Positions 48,996-57,345 of a stretch of DNA of 64,000 nt are shown piece by piece. The stretch spans positions 1,807,959 to 1,871,958 of the forward strand of contig CBDHCD010000003.1 in the NCBI GenBank assembly GCA_965260995.1. Reading direction: 5' to 3'. This stretch comes from Acetobacteraceae bacterium (GTDB lineage: Bacteria > Pseudomonadota > Alphaproteobacteria > Acetobacterales > Acetobacteraceae). The notes beneath the pieces were generated by a model, which saw only the letters and a list, made by a program, of their open reading frames with translations, was not told the origin of the DNA and did no database searches. The translations under genes were made by a program, and so were the position numbers. The stretch's first letter is position 1; each line of letters begins with the position of its first letter.

Positions 48996-51152
48996 ATGCT
49001 GATCATCCCCGCCCAGGCGGGCGAGCGCCAGTCCTGGCCCCTGGTCGGTTTCGTCCTGGCCTTCATCATGGTCCTCCTCGCGCCCGCCGCGGCGTGGGCC
49101 GCCGCGTCGCCTTGGGTCGGGGATGCCCGGGGTGCGGCGCGGCTGATCACCGCGACCGAGGCGACCGGCTCCGCCAACCGGCTCGACGCGGCGCTGCAGC
49201 TTCGGCTCGCGCCCGGGTGGCACACGTATTGGCGCACGCCCGGCGACGCCGGGTTCCCGGCCACCATTGATTGGAGCGGGTCCGAGAACGTGGCGAAAGC
49301 CGAGATCGCGTGGCCCGCGCCGAGCCGGCTGACGATCGAGGGGCTGGAGAACTACGTCTACGTTAACCAGGCCGTGCTGCCGCTGACCCTGACCGTGATG
49401 CGTCCGGGCGAGCCGGTCCGGCTGCGGGCGGCGGTGGACTACGCCAGCTGCGACACGATCTGCATCCCTTACCACGCGACTCTGAGCCTCGACCTGCCGG
49501 CGGGCCTGGCGACGCCGGGACCGGAAGCGTCCCTGATCGCGAGAGCGGCGGTGGCGGTGCCCGGTGCCCTGGGTCAAGTCGGGCTGCGGCTGGCCTCCGC
49601 TACCGTGTCGGACGCCGTCCAAGGCCGCACCCTGGCGGTGCAGGTGGCGAGTGAGGCCGGGCCGTTGCGCGCGCCCGACCTGTTCGTTGAAGGCACGCCG
49701 TTCAACCTGCCCGCGCCAAGGGTGACGCTCGGTGCCGCGGGACGGACGGCGACGCTCGCGGTGCTGCTGCCGCCGGACGCCGCAGGGATGGCCGTCGGAC
49801 AGAACCTGACGTTCACCGTCGTGGACGGGGCGCGGGCGGCCGAGTTCGCGGCGACGCCGCTGGCCGGGCCGCCGCCCGAGAGCGGACGCGGCGCGTTGCT
49901 GACGATCCTGGGTGCGGCGTTGCTGGGTGGGCTGGTGCTGAACGCCATGCCGTGCGTGCTCCCGGTGGTGTCGTTGAAGCTGCTCTCCGTCGCGGCCTAC
50001 GCCGGGGCGGAACGGCGGCGGGTGCGGCTCGGGCTGGCGGCGACGGCCGCGGGAGTGATCGTGTCGTTCCTCGTCATCGCCGGCGCGCTGGCCGGGTTGA
50101 AGCTGGCGGGGGCGTCGGTCGGGTGGGGCATCCAGTTTCAGCAGCCCTGGTTCCTGGCGGCGATGGCGGTGGCGACGACGCTGTTCGCGGCCAGCCTTTG
50201 GGAGCTGTTGCCGATCGGGTTGCCGGGCTTCGCCGCGGCGGCCGGGAACGTGCGGTCGCGCCATGCCACGCTCGACGCGTTCATCGCGGGGGCGTTCGCG
50301 ACCTTGCTCGCGACGTCGTGCTCGGCCCCGTTCGTCGGCACCGCGGTCGGCTTCGCGCTGGCGCGTGGCCCGGCGGAGATCATGTTGGTGTTCGCGGCGC
50401 TCGGGCTCGGGATGGCCGCGCCGTTGCTGCTGGTGGCGGCGATGCCAGGGCTGGCGCGGGTGCTGCCGCGGCCGGGGCCTTGGATGATCGTGCTGCGCCG
50501 GATGCTCGGGCTTGCGCTGGCCGGGACGGCGGTGTGGCTGCTGTGGGTGCTGGCGCAGGTCGTGGGTGCGGTGCCGGCGGCGATCGCGGGGGCCGCGCTC
50601 GTGGGACTCGTGGCTGTCCTGCATCAAACGGGGCGGGGCGGCGGGGCGGGACGGCGGCGCGCGGTGGCCGGGCTGGCAGTGGCGATGGTCGCCGTCGCGG
50701 TGCTCGCGCCGTCGTTGGTGGCTCGCCCTCTGGGTTCGCTCGCGCGTGATGGGGCGCAGTGGCAGGTGTTCAACCTCGAGGCGATCCGGCGCGAGGTTGC
50801 GCTCGGCAACACGGTGTTCGTCGACGTGACGGCGGCGTGGTGCCTGACGTGCAAGGTGAATGAGGCCGCGGTGCTGGACCGGTCGCCGGTCGCGGAACGC
50901 TTGCGAACGCCGGGCGTGGTGGCGATGCGGGCGGACTGGACGCGGCCGGAGCCGCAGGTGACCGGGTTCATGCAGACGTTCGGGCGTTACGGCGTGCCGC
51001 TCGCCGTCGTCTATGGCCCGGGCCAGCCGGACGGCGAGCCGTTGCCCGAGTTGCTGACCTCGGCGGTCGTGCTCGACGCGATCACCCGGGCCGCTGGCCC
51101 GGCGCAGACGAACGCGACGCCGCCGGGCCGCGCGTCGCGCGGCGCCACCTGA
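48996..51152 (+). CDS. DsbD/ScsB-family thiol:disulfide reductase
   Basis: The N-terminal periplasmic domain is 'LAPGWHTYWRTPGDAGFPATIDW'. The membrane core has 'NAMPCVLPVVSLKLL' and 'ATSCSAPFVG'. The C-terminal thioredoxin motif is 'DVTAAWCLTCKVNE'. Confidence 0.88.
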   Translation: MLIIPAQAGERQSWPLVGFVLAFIMVLLAPAAAWAAASPWVGDARGAARLITATEATGSANRLDAALQLRLAPGWHTYWRTPGDAGFPATIDWSGSENVAKAEIAWPAPSRLTIEGLENYVYVNQAVLPLTLTVMRPGEPVRLRAAVDYASCDTICIPYHATLSLDLPAGLATPGPEASLIARAAVAVPGALGQVGLRLASATVSDAVQGRTLAVQVASEAGPLRAPDLFVEGTPFNLPAPRVTLGAAGRTATLAVLLPPDAAGMAVGQNLTFTVVDGARAAEFAATPLAGPPPESGRGALLTILGAALLGGLVLNAMPCVLPVVSLKLLSVAAYAGAERRRVRLGLAATAAGVIVSFLVIAGALAGLKLAGASVGWGIQFQQPWFLAAMAVATTLFAASLWELLPIGLPGFAAAAGNVRSRHATLDAFIAGAFATLLATSCSAPFVGTAVGFALARGPAEIMLVFAALGLGMAAPLLLVAAMPGLARVLPRPGPWMIVLRRMLGLALAGTAVWLLWVLAQVVGAVPAAIAGAALVGLVAVLHQTGRGGGAGRRRAVAGLAVAMVAVAVLAPSLVARPLGSLARDGAQWQVFNLEAIRREVALGNTVFVDVTAAWCLTCKVNEAAVLDRSPVAERLRTPGVVAMRADWTRPEPQVTGFMQTFGRYGVPLAVVYGPGQPDGEPLPELLTSAVVLDAITRAAGPAQTNATPPGRASRGAT

Positions 51153-51161
51153 CGGACGCGC

Positions 51162-52001
51162 ATGTCGCTGGATTTCCTGGATCAGGCTCCGGCCGGAGAG
51201 GATGGGCGGCCAATCGCCAAGCCAGGCGGGAGTGGGGGCGGGGCGCTGCACGCCCGGCTGAACGAGCTCTACCACGGACAGACGGCCGCGGCGGTAGCGT
51301 TCCGCTTCGCTTGGCTGGCCGTGGATCTGCTGATCATCGCCTTCTTCATCGTCGCGCCGATCATCCGGGACACGCCCGAGTTCCTGATTCTCGACTACCT
51401 GGTGGCGGCGGTGGTGACGATCGACCTCACCGCGCGCGGCATCGCGCTCGGCGACTGGCGCGCATTCATCCGACGTCCGAGCACGTGGATCGACTTGTTC
51501 GTGCTGGTGACGCTGCTGTTCCCGCAATGGCTGTTCAACCTCGGTTTCCTACGCATCCTCAAGCTGTGGACGCTGGTGAACAGCGGCGTGTTCTGGACGT
51601 CGGTGGCGCGGCGCTACGACAACACGCGGGCCAAGGACGTGACGCGCTCGCTGGTGACGCTGCTGACGTTCGTGTTCATCGTCACCGGGTTCGTCTACAC
51701 GGGCTTCGTCGGCACCGAGAACGGGGTCGATGGCTACTTCGACGCGCTCTACTTCACGATCAGCAGCCTGACGACGACCGGCTACGGCGACATCACCTTG
51801 CCGGGCACGCGGGGCAAGCTGCTGTCGATCGTCATCATGGTGGTCGGGATCACCCTGTTCGTGCGGCTGGCGCAGGCGTTGTTCCGGCCGCACAAGGTGC
51901 GTTACCGCTGCCTGGCGTGCGGGCTCGGGCTTCACGACCCTGACGCGGTCCACTGCAAGGCGTGCGGGGCGCTGATCTGCATCCCGAATGACGAAGCATG
52001 A
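51162..52001 (+). CDS. K+ channel family protein (TTTGYGD selectivity filter) with a C-terminal CxxC-x11-CxxC zinc-ribbon tail
   Basis: 'FTISSLTTTGYGDITLPG' pore, an S4-like 'FLRILKLWTLV' segment, and the tail 'YRCLACGLGLHDPDAVHCKACGALIC' (51901-51998). Confidence 0.85.
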   Translation: MSLDFLDQAPAGEDGRPIAKPGGSGGGALHARLNELYHGQTAAAVAFRFAWLAVDLLIIAFFIVAPIIRDTPEFLILDYLVAAVVTIDLTARGIALGDWRAFIRRPSTWIDLFVLVTLLFPQWLFNLGFLRILKLWTLVNSGVFWTSVARRYDNTRAKDVTRSLVTLLTFVFIVTGFVYTGFVGTENGVDGYFDALYFTISSLTTTGYGDITLPGTRGKLLSIVIMVVGITLFVRLAQALFRPHKVRYRCLACGLGLHDPDAVHCKACGALICIPNDEA

Positions 52002-52029
52002 CGCGCGGCCGACGCGCGAGGAGCGGAGG

Positions 52030-52746
52030 ATGAGCCGCACCCAGGATGCTCCCGTGCCGGCGCACCCGGCGGTCGACGCCGGGGTGAACGCCGCGATCGC
52101 GACCCGGCGCAGCGTGCGCGGCTTCACCGACGAGGCGGTGCCGCCGGATCTGGTGCGCCACCTGTTGCGGCTGGCCAGCCGCAGCCCGAGCGCCACCAAC
52201 ACGCAACCTTGGCTGGTCCACGTCCTCACCGGCGTGGCCCGGGCCAGGCTGGTGGAGGAGATCGCCGCCGCCCACGCGGCCGGGGACATTCCAAGCATGG
52301 AGTACCCCTACTACCCCGAGACCTGGCCGGAGCTTCACCTCGGGCGGCGACGGCAGATCGGCTGGGCGCTTTACGGACTGCTGGGCATCGACAAGAGCGA
52401 CAAGGCGGACATGTCGCGACAGCACGGGCGCAACTTCACCTTCTTCGGCGCGCCGGTCGGGCTCATCTTCACGGTGCATCGCGACCTGCGCCAGGGAAGC
52501 TGGATCGACCTCGGGATGTTCATGCAGTCGATCATGATCGCCGCGCGGGGCTGCGGCCTGGACACCTGCCCGCAAGCCGCCTTCGCCAGCTATCACGCGA
52601 TCATCCGCCGGCAGTTGGGCATCGGTGACGAGCAGATCGTCGCCTGCGGCATGGCGCTGGGGCACGCCGACCCGAACGAGCCGGCGAACCGGCTGGCCTC
52701 GCCACGCGAGCCGGTCTCAGGTTTCGCGCGGTTCCACGACGCGTGA
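52030..52746 (+). CDS. Nitroreductase family protein
   Basis: 'AIATRRSVRGFTDEAVPPDLVRHLLRLASRSPSATNTQPWLVHVL'. I chose ATG 52030 to avoid overlap with the channel gene; the track ORF starts at 51988. Confidence 0.85.
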   Translation: MSRTQDAPVPAHPAVDAGVNAAIATRRSVRGFTDEAVPPDLVRHLLRLASRSPSATNTQPWLVHVLTGVARARLVEEIAAAHAAGDIPSMEYPYYPETWPELHLGRRRQIGWALYGLLGIDKSDKADMSRQHGRNFTFFGAPVGLIFTVHRDLRQGSWIDLGMFMQSIMIAARGCGLDTCPQAAFASYHAIIRRQLGIGDEQIVACGMALGHADPNEPANRLASPREPVSGFARFHDA

Positions 52747-52809
52747 ACGGCCTCGGTCGAGGCATTCGGGGCTGAGGCGACGGACGGGCGAGGGCGAACT
52801 GCCTCGCGA

Positions 52810-53601
52810 TCACTCGAATTGCGGCGAGCGTTTCGTGAGGAAGGCGTCCACGGCCTCGCGATGATCTGCAGTGGCGTGGGCCAGGGCTTGCATCTGGGCG
52901 GCGAGTTCGAGCAACGGCGCTTGGGCCATCTCGCGGCCCTGTTGCAACAGGCGCTTGGCCATGCGGACGGCGTGGGCCGGGTTGGCGGCGATGCGGGCGG
53001 CCAGCTCGCGGACCGTGGGCAGCAGGTCGGCATCCGGGGTGACGCGAGACACCAGGCCGCAGGCGAGCGCCGCCTGGGCGTCCAGCGTGTCGCCGGTGAA
53101 AGTCATCTCGCAGGCCTTGGAGAAGCCGACGACGCGGGGCAGCAGCCAAGCGCCGCCGTCGCCGGGGATGATGCCGAGCTTGACGAAGCTCTCGGCGAAC
53201 GAGGCGGATTCGGCGGCGACGCGAATGTCGCACATGCAGGCCAGGTCGCAGCCCGCGCCGATGGCCGGGCCGTTGACGGCGGCGATGACCGGCACGTCGA
53301 GCTTGGCGAAGGCGAGGGTGATGCGCTGGATGCCGCGGGTGTAGTAGGCGACCGTGCCGGCGGGGGCGCGGGCGCGGGCTTCGGTTTCCTGCGCCATCGC
53401 CCGCAGGTCGCCGCCCGAGGAGAAGGCCCGGCCCGCACCGGTGAGGATCGCGACGCGAACGCTCCGGTCTCCCCCCAGCCGGTCGAGCGCGGCGACGATG
53501 GCGTCGACCACGGCGGCCTCGGAGATTGGGTTGCGCCGTTCCGGCTGGTTGAGAGTCAAGGTGACGATGCCGCCGTCCTGCTCGTAGAGCACATCGTTCA
53601 T
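52810..53601 (-). CDS. Enoyl-CoA hydratase/isomerase (crotonase) family protein
   Basis: 263 aa. Contains 'VTLTLNQPERRNPI', 'ILTGAGRAFSSGGDL' and 'PVIAAVNGPAIGAGCDLACMCDIRV'. Confidence 0.9.
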   Translation of the reverse strand: MNDVLYEQDGGIVTLTLNQPERRNPISEAAVVDAIVAALDRLGGDRSVRVAILTGAGRAFSSGGDLRAMAQETEARARAPAGTVAYYTRGIQRITLAFAKLDVPVIAAVNGPAIGAGCDLACMCDIRVAAESASFAESFVKLGIIPGDGGAWLLPRVVGFSKACEMTFTGDTLDAQAALACGLVSRVTPDADLLPTVRELAARIAANPAHAVRMAKRLLQQGREMAQAPLLELAAQMQALAHATADHREAVDAFLTKRSPQFE

Positions 53602-53610
53602 GGTGGTTCC

Positions 53611-54789
53611 CTATCGCAACCCGAGGCCGCGGGCGATGATGCCGCGCAAGATCTCCCGCGTGCCGCCGCGGAGCGAGAACGACGGGGCGTGCATGGTGAG
53701 GTAGCCGAGCACGGCCCTGTAGGCGCGCAGGTCGTCGTCGGTGCCGGCGCGCATCTCGTCGTCCGACGGATCGGGCGGCACCAGGCCGCGGGCGATCTCG
53801 GGAATCTCCTGCTCGACCAACGCCCCGAGATCCTTCACCATCGCCGCTTGCAAGGCCGGGTCTGCGCCGGCGGCGAGCATGCCGGCGACCGAGCGGGACA
53901 GGCGGCGCAATACGGCGATGTGCGCCACCAAGCGGCCGACGGCGACCGCCGCGCGATCGGACGGGCGCTCGCCCAGCACGCGCACCAGCTCGACCAGCAG
54001 CGCGAAGGAGGACAGGAACCGCTCGGGGCCGCTGCGCTCGTAGGCGAGTTCGCCGGTGACCTGCGCCCAACCCTCTCCCTCCGTGCCGAGCAGCGCGCCT
54101 TCCGGCAGGAACGCGTCCTGGAACACTACCTCGTTGAAGTGGTGCTCGCCGGTGAGCGCCAGGATCGGGCGGACGGTGATGCCCGGCAGCGCCATGTCGA
54201 CGATGAACTGGCTGACGCCGCCGTGCCTCTCCGCGGGCCGGCTCCCGGCCTGGCCGGTGCGGCAGAACAGGATCATGGCGTGGCAACGGTCGGCGTTGGT
54301 GGTCCAGAGCTTGGCGCCGTTGACGATCCAGCCGCCTTGCACGCGCGACGCCCGGGTGCGGACGGAAGCGAGGTCGGAGCCCGAATCCGGCTCGCTCATG
54401 CCGATGCAGAAGAAGCACTCCCCGGCGGCGATGCGCGGCAGGTAGGCCCGGCGCTGCTCCTCGGTGCCGTAGCGGAGCAGGGCGGGGCCGCTCTGCCGGT
54501 CGGCGATCCAGTGCGCGGCGACGGGCGCGCCGGCGGCCAGCATCTCCTCCAGCACGACGTAGCGTTCGAGCGGGCCGCGCTCGTGGCCGCCGTACTGCTG
54601 GGGCCAGGCCATGCCGATCCAGCCGCGCTTGCCCAGCTCGCGACTGAATCCGGCGTCGAAGCCGTTCCAGCTCTCGGCGCGCTGCCGCGGCGTGCGGCCG
54701 GGGATTTCTGCGCCGAGAAAGGCGCGGACCTCGGCGCGGAGGCGTTCAGCCGCCTGGCTCGGCGGCGGCGGGGCGAAGACGAAGGACAT
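53611..54789 (-). CDS. Acyl-CoA dehydrogenase (FAD-motif-bearing member of an adjacent pair)
   Basis: 392 aa starting from ATG 54789. Contains the canonical 'GMSEPDSGSDLASVRTRA....NGAKLWTTNA' and 'GGTREILRGIIARGLG'. Confidence 0.88.
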   Translation of the reverse strand: MSFVFAPPPPSQAAERLRAEVRAFLGAEIPGRTPRQRAESWNGFDAGFSRELGKRGWIGMAWPQQYGGHERGPLERYVVLEEMLAAGAPVAAHWIADRQSGPALLRYGTEEQRRAYLPRIAAGECFFCIGMSEPDSGSDLASVRTRASRVQGGWIVNGAKLWTTNADRCHAMILFCRTGQAGSRPAERHGGVSQFIVDMALPGITVRPILALTGEHHFNEVVFQDAFLPEGALLGTEGEGWAQVTGELAYERSGPERFLSSFALLVELVRVLGERPSDRAAVAVGRLVAHIAVLRRLSRSVAGMLAAGADPALQAAMVKDLGALVEQEIPEIARGLVPPDPSDDEMRAGTDDDLRAYRAVLGYLTMHAPSFSLRGGTREILRGIIARGLGLR

Positions 54790-54800
54790 GAGGCCGCTCC

Positions 54801-55865
54801 TCAAGCGTCGATGGCGGTGATGTCGGCCCAGAGGCGGTCGCCGCCGGACCGGGCGGCGAGGCGGCCGAGCAGCAGGCTCCACTCGGCCTCCCCGCCCCAT
54901 TCGTCGCGCCACGACCAAAGCCGCCGGGTCAGGTGGTGCAAGGCGTGCTCCTGGGTGAAGCCGATCGCGCCGTGGACCTGGTGGGCGATGGCGGCTCCCG
55001 CCCCGGCGGCCTCGCCCGCGCGGACCTTCGCCGCCGCCATCGCGGGCAGGCGCAAGCCATCAACGAAGGCGTCGGCACCCATATCAGCCGCCGCGCCGGC
55101 CGCCGCCACCTGCCCAGCCAGGACGGCGAGGTTCTGCTGCACCGCTTGGAAACGCCCGATCGACTTGCCGAACTGCTGACGATCCTGGGCGTAACGCACC
55201 GTCATCTCCAGCACGCGGCCGAGCGCGCCGGCGATCATCAGGGCACGGGTGGTCGCCCCGGCCGCGCGCAGCTGCAACGGGCCGACGCCTGAACGCGCGG
55301 GGGCGACCTCGCCGGGCGACAAGGCGGTGTCGATGGCGAGGACGTCGCGCGGCTCGTCCGCGAGGTTGGCCGCCGTCTCGGACCGGCAATGGCTCGGACG
55401 GAGCAGGGCGACGAAGGGATGGCCGTCGCACATCGCCATCAACGCGACGGCGGCGGCCTCGCGCGCCCAGGCCACCCCGGCGACTCGCCCCGCCAGGCGC
55501 CATCCCTGCCCCGCCCGTCGCAGCGTCAGCGTCTTCCCCTCGGCCAGGGTCAGCGGCCCGTCCGGCACGGGCAGGCCCGCGCCGGCCAGCAGCCAGCCCG
55601 CCAGCATCGTCTCGGCCAGCGGCGACGGGGCAGCCGCAGCGCCCGCCAGGCGCAGCACGCCCAGCGCCTCGGCGGGCGGGACGCCGAAGCCGCCGGCCGC
55701 CTCCGGCAGCAGGGCGCGGTGCAGTCCGGCGTCCTCGATGGCGGACCAGAGCGGGCCAGGCCATGCGCCCCGCCCGGCCTCGGCCAGCGACGCCGGGGTG
55801 ACGTGGGCGGCGAACAGGCGGGCGGCGGCATCGGTCAGCAGGCTATCGAGTGGCGGCCCAGTCAT
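54801..55865 (-). CDS. Acyl-CoA dehydrogenase-like protein lacking the (S/T)EPxxGSD FAD-contact motif (beta-type partner?)
   Basis: 354 aa starting from ATG 55865, which overlaps the CoA-transferase stop (ATGA). It has an ACAD-like N-terminus and C-terminus ('FGKSIGRFQAVQ', 'VHGAIGFTQEHALHHLTRRL'). The middle domain reads 'PLTLAEGKTLTLRRAGQGWRLAGRVAGVAW' and has no EPxxGSD motif. Confidence 0.8.
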   Translation of the reverse strand: MTGPPLDSLLTDAAARLFAAHVTPASLAEAGRGAWPGPLWSAIEDAGLHRALLPEAAGGFGVPPAEALGVLRLAGAAAAPSPLAETMLAGWLLAGAGLPVPDGPLTLAEGKTLTLRRAGQGWRLAGRVAGVAWAREAAAVALMAMCDGHPFVALLRPSHCRSETAANLADEPRDVLAIDTALSPGEVAPARSGVGPLQLRAAGATTRALMIAGALGRVLEMTVRYAQDRQQFGKSIGRFQAVQQNLAVLAGQVAAAGAAADMGADAFVDGLRLPAMAAAKVRAGEAAGAGAAIAHQVHGAIGFTQEHALHHLTRRLWSWRDEWGGEAEWSLLLGRLAARSGGDRLWADITAIDA

Positions 55866-57115
55866 GAAGCGGCCTTGGCGCGGGCAGCCGGGGAGGTGTC
55901 GCCGCCGGGCTGTCCTGTGCGCTCGGTGCTGCTCGCCAGCACGGCGTCGATGCGATCCTGGCCGTAGCCGGCTTCGCGCAGGACGTCCGCCGTGTGCTCG
56001 CCGAGACAAGGGGCCAGGCGCGACGGCTCGGGCGGCGTGCCGGACCATCGGCCAGGCACGCGCATGGTGCGGAGCGTGCCTTCGCTCGGGTGATGCTCGG
56101 TGTGGAAGAAGCCGGTCGCGGCCAGGTGCGGATCAGCGAAGAGGCTGTCGAGGTCATGCAGCGGCATCGCCGGGATGTCGTGCGCTTCGAACAGGTCGAG
56201 CCAGGCCGCGGTCACGCGTTCGCGCAGGGTGTCGGCCACGAAGCCGTAAACGGAGTCGACGTGGTCCGAACGGGCGGAGATGGTGGCGAAGCGCGGGTCG
56301 GCTTCCCACAGGTCGGCGCGGCCGATGGCGTGGAGGAAGGCCTGCCACTGCTTGTCGTTGTAGATCATGGCGCAGAGATAGCCGTCGGCGGTGGGATACG
56401 GGCGGCGGTCGCGGGAGAGTTGGCGGCGGTAGCCGGCCGGGCCGAGCGGCGGCTCGAAGGTGCGGCCCTGCATGTGGTCGCCCAGCACCAGCTCGGCCAT
56501 CGTCTCGAACATCGGCAGCTCGATCTCCTGCCCCGCCTTTTGCCCGTCGCGCTCGCGGGCGAACAGGGCGGCGGCGATGGCGGTGGCGGCGCGCAGGCCG
56601 ACGGCGCGGTCGGCGATGGCGGTGGGAACGTAGCGCGGGGCCTGGCCGCTGGCTTCCGCCGCCAGGCTCGGCAAGCCGACCGCGCCCTGGATCAGGTCGT
56701 CGTAGGCCGGGCGCGGCGCGTAGGGGCCACCCTGGCCGAAGCCGGTGATCGCCACGTAGATGAGGCGTGGGTTGACGGCGCGGACGTCGTCGTAGCCGAG
56801 GCCCAAGCGCCGCATCGCCGCCGGGCGGACGCTGGCGACGAGGACGTCGGCGCCGCGGCAGAGGTCGCGCAGCGCGGCGCGGCCCTCGTCCCGCTTGAGG
56901 TCGAGCACGATGCTGCGCTTCGAGCGGTTGGCGTTGAGGAAGATCGCGCCCATGCCGGGGTTGCGCATCGGGCCGACGCCGCGGACCATGTCGCCGCCCG
57001 GCGGCTCGACCTTGATCACGTCCGCGCCGAGATCGCCCAGGATCATCGTGGCGTAAGGTCCCATCAGCACGCTGGTCATGTCGATGATGCGCACGCCTGC
57101 CAGTGGTCCGGCCAT
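55862..57115 (-). CDS. Family III (CaiB/BaiF) CoA-transferase
   Basis: 417 aa starting from ATG 57115. Contains 'LAGVRIIDMTSVLMGPYATMILGDLGADVIKVEPPGGD' and 'GLGYDDVRAVNPRLIYVAITGFG'. Confidence 0.9.
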   Translation of the reverse strand: MAGPLAGVRIIDMTSVLMGPYATMILGDLGADVIKVEPPGGDMVRGVGPMRNPGMGAIFLNANRSKRSIVLDLKRDEGRAALRDLCRGADVLVASVRPAAMRRLGLGYDDVRAVNPRLIYVAITGFGQGGPYAPRPAYDDLIQGAVGLPSLAAEASGQAPRYVPTAIADRAVGLRAATAIAAALFARERDGQKAGQEIELPMFETMAELVLGDHMQGRTFEPPLGPAGYRRQLSRDRRPYPTADGYLCAMIYNDKQWQAFLHAIGRADLWEADPRFATISARSDHVDSVYGFVADTLRERVTAAWLDLFEAHDIPAMPLHDLDSLFADPHLAATGFFHTEHHPSEGTLRTMRVPGRWSGTPPEPSRLAPCLGEHTADVLREAGYGQDRIDAVLASSTERTGQPGGDTSPAARAKAAS

Positions 57116-57345
57116 CCGCGTTCTCCTGCCCTGGCCCGCGCCGCCCCGTCCGTCCCGACGCCGCATCTCGCCGCGGCCGAGTCCGCGCCGGTCGCGGCCA
57201 CGTGTCAGCAGGATCGCTCGGCGTCGTCGACGCGGGAGCGTCGCTTCACTCTGCTGACACGGGGGCGTCGCTCCACCACTGCAAATGCCAGGTTCGAGGC
57301 CAGATGCGCCTTGACCAAATCCGCGCGGTTGAGGAAGCAAGCTGG

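Noticed and set aside
48855-51527. 890-aa minus-strand ORF, the longest ORF in this part of the window
   Set aside because: It is extremely Arg/Pro/Gly/His-rich with no recognisable domain. It lies exactly antisense to the well-supported DsbD-like and K+ channel genes. This is a typical high-GC antisense open frame.
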